From an uncultured Selenomonadaceae bacterium (GTDB lineage Bacteria > Bacillota > Negativicutes > Selenomonadales > Selenomonadaceae): a DNA stretch of 30,252 nt. The stretch lies in the NCBI GenBank assembly GCA_902782705.1, contig CACZOL010000075.1, positions 1 to 30,252 on the forward strand. The letters are read 5' to 3'. Shown here piece after piece: positions 1 to 7,221 of this stretch; position 1 is the stretch's first letter; every line of letters begins with the position of its first letter. Both the position numbers and the translations under genes were made by a program. The notes below the pieces were generated by a model that was not told where the DNA came from, searched no databases, and saw nothing but the letters and a program-made list of their open reading frames with translations.

Positions 1-354
1 CGCCGCCGGATCGCCGTCCACCGAGCCGAAGGTTCCGTGGCCGGCCGCCAAAAGATAGCGCATGGAAAAATCCTGCGCCATACGGACGATCGCGTCGTAA
101 ACCGAGCTGTCGCCGTGCGGATGATATTTACCGAGAACCTCGCCGACGATACGCGCCGACTTCTTGTAAGGCTTCGTAGAGCCCATGCCCGCTTCCTGCA
201 TCGCGTACAGGATGCGCCGATGCACCGGCTTCAGACCGTCGCGGACGTCCGGCAGCGCGCGCGCCACGATGACGCTCATCGCATAGTCGATGTACGAAGT
301 CGACATGACGTCCGAAAGATTCACCGGAACGACTTTGTCCTTGCCAATCTCCAA
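1..354 (-). CDS. gyrA: DNA gyrase subunit A, 5' part (runs off the window edge)
   Basis: Manual minus-strand translation from TTG at 354: [46 protein letters not shown], the GyrA/ParC N-terminal signature. GAGGGTGAG lies upstream as RBS. Missing from the ORF track. GyrA is preferred over ParC from the origin context. Confidence 0.9.
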   Translation of the reverse strand, partial: MEIGKDKVVPVNLSDVMSTSYIDYAMSVIVARALPDVRDGLKPVHRRILYAMQEAGMGSTKPYKKSARIVGEVLGKYHPHGDSSVYDAIVRMAQDFSMRYLLAAGHGTFGSVDGDPAA

Positions 355-423
355 AATCTCACCCTCATTCGTTTTCTGTGTCCCATATATAAATGTAAGA
401 AACTCATTTCGACAAGCATTTTA

Positions 424-432
424 TTATCCACA
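424..432 (+). promoter_or_regulatory. Perfect DnaA box upstream of gyrA
   Basis: TTATCCACA exact match, inside the palindrome TATCCAC-ACA-GTGGATA (425-441). Confidence 0.6.
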
Positions 433-438
433 CAGTGG

Positions 439-559
439 ATATGTGCCGCTAAGCTCGCACTTTCGCGCTCGCTAAGCGGTCACATTATACGCAAGGCATA
501 TGTGCCGCTAAACTCGCGCTTCGCTTTCAGCTTGCGCTCGTCAAGCGGACACATTATAC
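439..559. repeat. Two tandem imperfect palindromic (REP-like) units, 439-490 and 498-559
   Basis: Both begin ATATGTGCCGCTAA(G/A)CTCGC and end GCGCTCG(CT/TC)AAGCGG(T/A)CACATTATAC; the central loops differ. Confidence 0.85.
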
Positions 560-581
560 CACAAAAAAGCAGGCACGGCAA
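553..581 (-). promoter_or_regulatory. Putative sigma-A promoter for gyrA
   Basis: TTGCCG (581-576), 17 bp, TATAAT (558-553), with an extended -10 TGn. Confidence 0.65.
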
Positions 582-607
582 AGCCTTTCTATGCCTTGCC
601 GCGCCTG
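563..607 (-). terminator. Rho-independent terminator after tonB
   Basis: Imperfect 15-bp inverted repeat (570-584 and 593-607) followed by T6 on the minus strand. Confidence 0.7.
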
Positions 608-649
608 TATCCAACGTGTTTCACGTGCAACATGCAAACGTATATGCGA

Positions 650-1399
650 TTATTCCAGCCGGAAAGTAAAAGGCTGATACGCATAGCAGCGCACAGGACG
701 CCCGTAGCCGTCAAGCCCCGGGCTGAAGCTGAATCCTTCCGCCGCTTCCATCGCCGCGCGATCCAACGCCTCGTTTCCCGAAGACTCCACCACGTCCACA
801 TCGTCCACGCCGCCTTCTTTATTCAGCAGGAAACGCACGACCACCGTCCCCTCAATGCCTTTTCGCTGGGCCGAATAGGGATACTCCGGCGCACGGGCGC
901 TCGTGACGCTTGGCGGCACGGCAGGCGATTCGATGGCGTCGCTGGCGGGAGGAATGCCCTGCGTCTCCCCGCTGCCGTCGGGATTCCCCTCTACAGAGCC
1001 GTTGGCGGCGTCTCCGGGGCCTTCGGCTGCCGCTCCGCCGCCGGCAGGGGCGGGAGGCGCGGGAGTCTCCGCGGGCGGCTGCGGCGTCGGCGCAGGCTGC
1101 GGTTCCGGCGTCGGCGGTTCTTCCGGAGGCTTCTCCTCCAGGATATCGTCCGGCAGCGGCGGAGGCGTCTCTTCCGGAGGCTTGGGCGGCGCTTCCGGCT
1201 GCGGCGGTACGGGCGGCGTGGGGACCGCAGGCGTTTTCGGAGCCGTGGATGCGCCCGGGGCGCCCACCAGCGCCACATCGTAAACGGCTTCCAGCGGCTC
1301 GTTTTTTGCAATACGAAGCGCCGCGAATCCGAGCAGCGCGCACACAATGATATGCACGACTACGGAAGCGACAATGCCTTTAGCCGTATTCCCCGTCAT
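650..1399 (-). CDS. tonB: Energy transducer TonB
   Basis: N-terminal TM helix (IVASVVVHIIVCALLGF, with SxxxH), Pro/Glu-rich linker, C-terminal TonB domain (PEYPYSAQRKGIEGTVVVRFLLNKEGGV); follows exbD. Confidence 0.92.
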   Translation of the reverse strand: MTGNTAKGIVASVVVHIIVCALLGFAALRIAKNEPLEAVYDVALVGAPGASTAPKTPAVPTPPVPPQPEAPPKPPEETPPPLPDDILEEKPPEEPPTPEPQPAPTPQPPAETPAPPAPAGGGAAAEGPGDAANGSVEGNPDGSGETQGIPPASDAIESPAVPPSVTSARAPEYPYSAQRKGIEGTVVVRFLLNKEGGVDDVDVVESSGNEALDRAAMEAAEGFSFSPGLDGYGRPVRCYAYQPFTFRLE

Positions 1400-1809
1400 G
1401 ATCCGCCTTCCTTATCCGTCGCGAGCCCCACGCGCGAAATCCCCGCCTTGCGGAACGAATCCAGCAAATGGATGACGGCGCGATACGGAACGCCCTCGTC
1501 GGCCCGAATGATCACGGCGAAATTCTCGTCCCGCTTCCGCTCCTCTTTCGCCTTTTCCATCAGCTCGTTTTCCTTGATGAGCTTATCCTGCAGCCAATAC
1601 ACGCCGTCCCTTTTGACGGTGACGGAAAATTTCGCCGCGCTTTGCGACTGCGTTTCGGTCGCGACGGGGAGCTTGACCGGAATCGTCCGCAGCTCGCTCA
1701 TATACATGGTGCTGACGATGAAAAAAATCAACAGCAGGAAAATCATGTCGATCATCGGGCTGAGCATAAGCTGCGGCGCGCTCTGCCCGCGTTTCTTCAG
1801 CTTGATCAT
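1396..1809 (-). CDS. exbD: Biopolymer transporter ExbD
   Basis: LSPMIDMIFLLLIFFIVST TM motif and IIRADEGVPY...LLDSFRKAGISRVGLAT C-terminus. Confidence 0.92.
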   Translation of the reverse strand: MIKLKKRGQSAPQLMLSPMIDMIFLLLIFFIVSTMYMSELRTIPVKLPVATETQSQSAAKFSVTVKRDGVYWLQDKLIKENELMEKAKEERKRDENFAVIIRADEGVPYRAVIHLLDSFRKAGISRVGLATDKEGGS

Positions 1810-2474
1810 AGCTTCGCCCCCTGCGGCACGGGATGACCGTGCGCCACTGCGCGTTTCCGATCAAGATTTTTCGCGATTGCCTCCAAGAGCGTATTCCCAA
1901 TCTCTTCCACGTTCAGGGAAATCGCCTTGAGCCGACGCATGAAATAAGCGTACATGCAGATAGCGACAATCGAGATGCAAAGGCCGAATACCGTGGTAAT
2001 CAACGCCTCGCCGATACCGGCGGTCACGGCCATCGGATTGTCCAGCCGCTGGCTGAAGCTGTTGAAGGAGGCAATCATGCCCGTCACCGTGCCGAGCAGA
2101 CCAAGCACCGGGGAAAGCGTTACGATCACGTTCAGATAATTGAGATTCCGCTCGAATTTATCCATGGCCCGTTCCGCCCGAACGCTGACGAAGTTCTCGA
2201 GGCGCTCGAAATTCCCGTGCCGCGCCATAACGATGGTGGCGAGCTTCGCCAGCTCGCCTTTCGTCGAATCAGCCAGCTGCTTCGCATTCCCCCAGTCGTC
2301 GCGTTCAATACAATCGCAGAACTCTCGCGTGAATGCCTTGCCGCTGTCATTCGTACGAAAGAACAGCCATCGCTCCACCGAGATGGCGACGGCAGCCAAG
2401 GAACAGAACAGCAGCGGGTACATCACAGGCCCGCCCTTGACAAAATAATCCAATCCGGCCGAAAAAATACTCAT
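1806..2474 (-). CDS. exbB: MotA/TolQ/ExbB proton channel protein
   Basis: GGPVMYPL, SPVLGLLGTVTGMI and GIGEALITTVFGL motifs. Start placed at ATG 2474 behind AGGAAGGAGA. Confidence 0.92.
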   Translation of the reverse strand: MSIFSAGLDYFVKGGPVMYPLLFCSLAAVAISVERWLFFRTNDSGKAFTREFCDCIERDDWGNAKQLADSTKGELAKLATIVMARHGNFERLENFVSVRAERAMDKFERNLNYLNVIVTLSPVLGLLGTVTGMIASFNSFSQRLDNPMAVTAGIGEALITTVFGLCISIVAICMYAYFMRRLKAISLNVEEIGNTLLEAIAKNLDRKRAVAHGHPVPQGAKL

Positions 2475-2531
2475 GACCAATCTCCTTCCTTATGTAAACC
2501 CAAAAATATATACGACATTCTACGATCCCCC

Positions 2532-2638
2532 CTTGTCGAGGGATTTTTTCGTCAGGCACGGAAAAGTGCTCGCAGTCGTAGTTGGAGCACTACGTCAAGA
2601 GCACTTTGACACAGCATGGCGGAAAAAGACCCGACAAG
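2532..2638. repeat. ~107-bp nested imperfect inverted repeat
   Basis: Arms CTTGTCG/CGACAAG (2532-2538, 2632-2638), AAAGTGCTC/GAGCACTTT (2563-2571, 2599-2607) and CGTAGT/ACTACG (2577-2582, 2589-2594). Confidence 0.7.
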
Positions 2639-2640
2639 AG

Positions 2641-3375
2641 CTATTCGCTATATCTCTTATAAATCGCTACCCCTACGGCGAAAAACAGCGCGCCCAATCC
2701 CGCCAATGTCAACACACTCTGCCAAAGGCCCGGCTCCCACGCCGCGCTTCGCATCATGCGGTTCAGCGCGCCGATCGGAAAAAACATCACGATATGCTGC
2801 GCAAAACGCGGCAGATTCTCCACGGGGAAAAACGAGCCGCCGAAAAACGTCATCGGCATGATCAAAAAATTATTCACAAACGCCACGTCGTCGGGCTGCG
2901 ACACAAGCAATCCCACGATCACGCCGAGCGCCGCGAAACAGAACGAGCCGAGGAAAGCGCCTGCCACAAGCGTCGCCCGAAGCTCAATCGCCCCGAATAC
3001 GCCCCACGCCATCAAGAATATCAGCGAGCCGAAAAAGACGCCGCGCGCCACGCCCGCGAGCACGATTCCCAAGATGACCTCCGCCGCCCGTACCGGCGAA
3101 AGCACGAGACTTTGAAAAACATGGTAATACATCCGGCCCACGCTGATGGAACCGGCGGTCTGCTGGAAAGCGTTGACCATGATCGTAATGGCGATGATGC
3201 CGCCCGCCAGGAACGGCAGATACCCGCCGGCAACCTCGACGCGGTTTCCCAGTCCGTAGCCGAACGCGAACAGATAGATGAACGGGGAAACGATGCTGGA
3301 AAAAATATAACCCATGCGTCCGATTTTTTTGTAGAGCATGAGCATCTCGCGGCTGAATACCGCATACGCGCCCAC
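2641..3375 (-). CDS. ABC-2 type exporter permease (NodJ/DrrB-like)
   Basis: Six hydrophobic segments, YLPFLAGGIIAITIM and PMTFFGGSFFPVENLP motifs typical of ABC-2 permeases; GTG start abuts the ATPase stop. Confidence 0.85.
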   Translation of the reverse strand: MGAYAVFSREMLMLYKKIGRMGYIFSSIVSPFIYLFAFGYGLGNRVEVAGGYLPFLAGGIIAITIMVNAFQQTAGSISVGRMYYHVFQSLVLSPVRAAEVILGIVLAGVARGVFFGSLIFLMAWGVFGAIELRATLVAGAFLGSFCFAALGVIVGLLVSQPDDVAFVNNFLIMPMTFFGGSFFPVENLPRFAQHIVMFFPIGALNRMMRSAAWEPGLWQSVLTLAGLGALFFAVGVAIYKRYSE

Positions 3376-4110
3376 TTACAGATCACCTCCGCGAGACAAG
3401 CGGATAAAGAGTTTTTCGAGATCGTCCGCGCCGTTTCCGATACGCTGCTGCAATTTTTCCTTCGTCTCGCTGACGACGAGACTGCCTTCCCTGAAAATCG
3501 CAATCCGGTTGCAAAGTTTTACCGCTTCTTCCATATAATGCGTCGTAAAGATGATCGTCTTCCCTTCCGCTGAGAGCGAGGAAATAATATCCCAAATCCC
3601 CTGCCGCACATCGGGGTCCAATCCGACGGTCGGCTCGTCCAGCAGAAGCAATTCCGGATTCGGCATCAGGCTCCTGGCTATCAACACCCGCCGCATCATG
3701 CCGCCGGACAGGCTCCGAATCGTCTTGGACTGCATATCTTCCAGCTCGAACCGCGCGATGGTCGCCTCCACCGTCTCCGAAAGAGCCTCCACGCCAAAGA
3801 GGCGCCCATACATCGTGAGGGCCTCCCGCACCGTGAACTCGCGCTCCAGATTGTTGTCCTGCGGCACGAGCCCCACAAGCCGCTTCAATGTCGTCGTGCG
3901 CTCCGCCGCGTTCTGCCCGAAAATGAACAGTTCGCCCTCTTCCGGCCTGACAAGTCCGGCAATAATCTTCATCAAAGTCGTCTTGCCCGCGCCGTTCGGC
4001 CCCAAAAGACCGAACACGCCGCCTGCCGGTATGGACAAATCCAGCGGCTGGAGGACCGTCGCGCCCTTATAGATTTTCTTGATCCCTCTTGCCTCTATCG
4101 CATATCGCAT
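3376..4110 (-). CDS. ABC-2 type exporter ATP-binding protein (NodI/DrrA-like)
   Basis: Walker A GPNGAGKT, signature LSGGM, Walker B LLLLDEPT, H-loop TTHYMEEA. True start taken as MRYAIE at 4110; the longer track ORF overlaps the upstream permease. Confidence 0.88.
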   Translation of the reverse strand: MRYAIEARGIKKIYKGATVLQPLDLSIPAGGVFGLLGPNGAGKTTLMKIIAGLVRPEEGELFIFGQNAAERTTTLKRLVGLVPQDNNLEREFTVREALTMYGRLFGVEALSETVEATIARFELEDMQSKTIRSLSGGMMRRVLIARSLMPNPELLLLDEPTVGLDPDVRQGIWDIISSLSAEGKTIIFTTHYMEEAVKLCNRIAIFREGSLVVSETKEKLQQRIGNGADDLEKLFIRLSRGGDL

Positions 4111-4121
4111 AAAGATTATCC

Positions 4122-5159
4122 TCAACGCATTACGTTGTGCGCGCGCCGAAGCAGCCAGAGAAAATACGGCGTCCCGATGAAAGCCGTCATGATACCGACG
4201 CGCACTTCCATCGGCGCGGCAATCACGCGGCCGACCGTATCGCAGAATACGAGAAACGCGCCGCCCGCCAACAAACTTGCCGGAAGCAGCAGCCGATGAT
4301 CGGGTCCGACAATGAGCCGCATCATGTGCGGCACGACAAGCCCTACGAACCCGATATTCCCGCTGATACAGACGCCCGTCGCCGTAACCAGCGAAGCGAT
4401 GGTCATCATGCCGAGCCGATACTTGGCGACCGGCATTCCGACGGCTTTCGCCTCGACGTCGCCGAGCACGAGAATATTCAAATGACGCGCCATCAGGATC
4501 ATCACGGCGGCGCCCAAGAGGATCGGCCCCGCGCCCATCGCCACATGTTCCCATCGCCGATAGTCAAGACCGCCGATCGTCCAGAAAAGATACTGCTGCA
4601 GTTTCTGCTCGCTGATTACGGTGAGGATGCCCGCCGTAACCGCGCCAAGCATCATTCCTACAACGACGCCGGAAAGAAGCAGCGTCATCATCGGAATCTT
4701 CCCGTGCCGCATCGCGAGAAAAACCGTCAGCGTCACAGCGGCCAACGATCCGACCAGCGCGCATATCGGCAGCGCGAAAAGGCTCACTTCACTGAGCCCG
4801 AACGCAATCGCCGCCACCGCGCCCACCGCCGCGCCGCTGGACACGCCGATGATGCCGGGATCGGCGAGCGGGTTGCTGAAGATTCCCTGCATGACCGTCC
4901 CCGAGGCGCCAAGTCCCGCGCCGACCATGAGCCCGACCAGCGTTCGCGGCAGACGGATATGAAAAAGCACCGCTTCCTGCTCCGGCGTCACAACGACGTC
5001 CGCAAAAAAGGGCAATCCCGCATACTGGCAAAACAGCGCGACAATATTCTTGAACGGAATATCAATCTGCCCCCACGACATCGAAAGCAGCGCAACAAGA
5101 ACAAATACCGCCGCCATCAGCAGGAAAAACACCTTGGGCGGGATACGTCCGATTTTCAT
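4122..5159 (-). CDS. FecCD/BtuC/HmuU-family ABC importer permease
   Basis: IRLPRTLVG, MQGIFSNPLADPGIIGVSSGA and GFVGLVVPHMMRLIVGPDHR motifs. Confidence 0.93.
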   Translation of the reverse strand: MKIGRIPPKVFFLLMAAVFVLVALLSMSWGQIDIPFKNIVALFCQYAGLPFFADVVVTPEQEAVLFHIRLPRTLVGLMVGAGLGASGTVMQGIFSNPLADPGIIGVSSGAAVGAVAAIAFGLSEVSLFALPICALVGSLAAVTLTVFLAMRHGKIPMMTLLLSGVVVGMMLGAVTAGILTVISEQKLQQYLFWTIGGLDYRRWEHVAMGAGPILLGAAVMILMARHLNILVLGDVEAKAVGMPVAKYRLGMMTIASLVTATGVCISGNIGFVGLVVPHMMRLIVGPDHRLLLPASLLAGGAFLVFCDTVGRVIAAPMEVRVGIMTAFIGTPYFLWLLRRAHNVMR

Positions 5160-6004
5160 TTTTCGTCCTCCCCGTTCCCAAGAATGGCATGTAAAAGCGC
5201 GGCTCTTTGCCCGTCGTCCGGCGGCGGCTCAGCAAAAACTTCCGCCGTCCCGGTCAACGGATTGCGCACGACGCGAACCGGAACGCCGTAACAACGGCTC
5301 AAATACTCCGACGTCATGACTTCTTCCGGCTTTCCGTCGGCTACGATACGATGATCCCCGACGAGCATCAGTCGCGAACAAAACTTCGCCGCCAAAGAAA
5401 GCTCATGGATAACCATCAAGACCGTTTTCCCCTGCGCGCAAAGCTCACGACAAAAACGAAAGATTTCCTCTTGATAGAATATATCCAAGCCCGTCGCCGG
5501 TTCGTCGAGAAACAGGAGCGGCGTCTGCTGCGCGAGCACTTTCGCCAAGAGCACGCGCTGCCGCTGTCCGCCGGAAATCATATCCACCGAACGATGGGCA
5601 AGATCCCGCACGCCGGTATATTCCATACAGGCGTCCACGATCCTCTCGTCCGCAGGACCTTCCTTTTCCCACCACTCCAGATGCGGATACCGCCCCGTCG
5701 TCACGATCTCCCGCACGCTGTATCCGAAAGCGATCTCCACATTCTGCTGCAAATATGCGACTTCAAGCGCAAATTCCCGACTCGTCATCGTCGCTGCATC
5801 GCGTCCGTTCAGCAGCACGCTGCCCGCGCGCGGGTCGAGGATTCCCCGAAGCGTCTTTAAAAGCGTGGATTTGCCCGCGCCGTTCGGCCCGATCAGTCCG
5901 ACCATTTCCCCCCGGCGCACTTCAAAAGACACGTCCGACAAAACATTTTTATGTCTTCCGTATCCGGCGGCAAGCTTCTCCGCCTGCAAAACAATTTCAT
6001 TCAT
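5156..6004 (-). CDS. FecE/BtuD/HmuV-family ABC importer ATPase
   Basis: GPNGAGKSTLL, ISGGQRQR, LFLDEPATGLD, VIHELSLAAKFC; overlaps the permease by 4 nt. Confidence 0.93.
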   Translation of the reverse strand: MNEIVLQAEKLAAGYGRHKNVLSDVSFEVRRGEMVGLIGPNGAGKSTLLKTLRGILDPRAGSVLLNGRDAATMTSREFALEVAYLQQNVEIAFGYSVREIVTTGRYPHLEWWEKEGPADERIVDACMEYTGVRDLAHRSVDMISGGQRQRVLLAKVLAQQTPLLFLDEPATGLDIFYQEEIFRFCRELCAQGKTVLMVIHELSLAAKFCSRLMLVGDHRIVADGKPEEVMTSEYLSRCYGVPVRVVRNPLTGTAEVFAEPPPDDGQRAALLHAILGNGEDEK

Positions 6005-6009
6005 TCCCT

Positions 6010-7011
6010 TTACTCCTCGCCGGAAAACGAGATGTGGCGGTTATCCTCCTGACGAAACGCGTCGCCGTAAGCGATAAAAGCAAGCTCTTGGACGCCGAAG
6101 ACGAAATCCTGGGAGCCGTTATAGATGTAACTCTCCCTTGGGTACTCCAGCCGCCGATTCTGTATGGCCTTTATCGTCTGGAGCGAAGGATCGTCAAGAT
6201 AGCTCCGGATAAACGCTTCCGTATCGAAATTTCCTTTATCGTCATAATTCGGCAGGAGCAAAATATCCGGATTGCTTTTGACAAGAAGCTCCTTTGTCAA
6301 AGGCTGGCCGTTTTTCAGTCCCACCGCCGCCGCACCGTTGACGACGCCCGCCCGCGTGCACATATCGTCGAACGCGCTTCCAATACCGCCGTAACTGGTC
6401 ATCACGGACAGCAGCACGACGCGCTTCCTCTCTTCGGCGGGAATCCGATCGATGCGGACAGTGATATCCCGCAGGATCTCTTCCATGCGGTCGAGCACCT
6501 TCGTCCCTCGCTCCGATTCCCCGACGCTGTCTGCAATCAAGCGAATACAGGCCCGGATATCCTCATAGGACTCGCCACGTCCCGCCACCACCACGGGAAT
6601 CCCCAGTGCGCGCAGCGCCGCTACCTGCTCCATATCCGTCCAGCCGTTGGCGATGACAAGATCGGGGCGCCAGCCCACGATTTGCTCCACCGTGGGATTT
6701 CCAACCTTCTCCGGCACGCGCTTCGCCTTTTCCACGACCGACGATTCTTTCGGATCGTCCAGGAAGCGGCTGATGGCCGCCATACGGTTGGTAGGCACCA
6801 CGCCCAGCAAGATCTCGTCCGTATATATGGCCAAAGATATAATCCGCTCGGGTTTTTGGGGAATCCGCACCGCCGTCCCTTGGGCGTCCGTTACGGTATA
6901 GCCTTCTTCTCCGCCTGACCTCTGAGACGGAGGCTTTCCACAGGACACGGTGAGCAGCACGGCAAAAAATACGAACACCGCGCATAAGCTGTACATGAGC
7001 CGACGCTTCAT
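6010..7011 (-). CDS. Fe/heme/B12-type (class III) substrate-binding lipoprotein 2
   Basis: Lipoprotein signal MKRR...LLTVSC, TVTDAQGTAVRIPQKPERIISL, EQIVGWRPDLVI. Start at ATG 7011 behind AAAAGGGG. Confidence 0.88.
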   Translation of the reverse strand: MKRRLMYSLCAVFVFFAVLLTVSCGKPPSQRSGGEEGYTVTDAQGTAVRIPQKPERIISLAIYTDEILLGVVPTNRMAAISRFLDDPKESSVVEKAKRVPEKVGNPTVEQIVGWRPDLVIANGWTDMEQVAALRALGIPVVVAGRGESYEDIRACIRLIADSVGESERGTKVLDRMEEILRDITVRIDRIPAEERKRVVLLSVMTSYGGIGSAFDDMCTRAGVVNGAAAVGLKNGQPLTKELLVKSNPDILLLPNYDDKGNFDTEAFIRSYLDDPSLQTIKAIQNRRLEYPRESYIYNGSQDFVFGVQELAFIAYGDAFRQEDNRHISFSGEE

Positions 7012-7153
7012 TATGACGTCCCCTTTTCTCTTAAAATCCCAAAGCGTCGAAGCACTTTGCCCTCCCAATGGGTATGCCCTTTGCGAGGCGGCCGATGGAC
7101 TCCCGGAGAGGGCCCGCCGAAGGCGGTGGGTATAATTTTGTGTCGTTGCGTTT

Positions 7154-7182
7154 ACGTTACCTTACACCTTTGAAGATGTCAA
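7154..7182 (-). promoter_or_regulatory. Putative internal sigma-A promoter upstream of SBP2
   Basis: TTGACA (7182-7177), 17 bp, TAACGT (7159-7154), with an AT-rich upstream tract. Confidence 0.6.
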
Positions 7183-7185
7183 TAA

Positions 7186-7219
7186 AATATTCAATATAAT
7201 ATTCGATTTAATGTTCAGA
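7186..7219. promoter_or_regulatory. Three direct repeats at 12-bp period, candidate regulator site
   Basis: AATATTCAAT (7186), AATATTCGAT (7198), AATGTTCAGA (7210), immediately upstream of the -35. Confidence 0.5.
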
Positions 7220-7221
7220 TT

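Noticed and set aside
439-559. Possible mini CRISPR array or tRNA
   Set aside because: Only two units, variation is inside the unit, spacer is 7 bp, no cas genes, and no cloverleaf or T-loop motif.
37-669. 210-aa plus-strand ORF at the left edge
   Set aside because: Antisense to gyrA and runs through its promoter repeats.
596-1930. 444-aa Arg/Gly-rich plus-strand ORF and other ORFs over tonB
   Set aside because: Antisense to the GC-rich, Pro-rich tonB/exbD; low-complexity artefact.
4111-4554. 148-aa N-terminal extension of the ABC-2 ATPase in the ORF track
   Set aside because: Overlaps the importer permease on the same strand; the ATPase domain begins at MRYAIE (4110).
7081-7130. Glycine or cobalamin riboswitch
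   Set aside because: GGAGAG and CCGAAG words are on the antisense strand and the rest of the glycine consensus is missing; no B12-box. Kept only as an unassigned structured leader.
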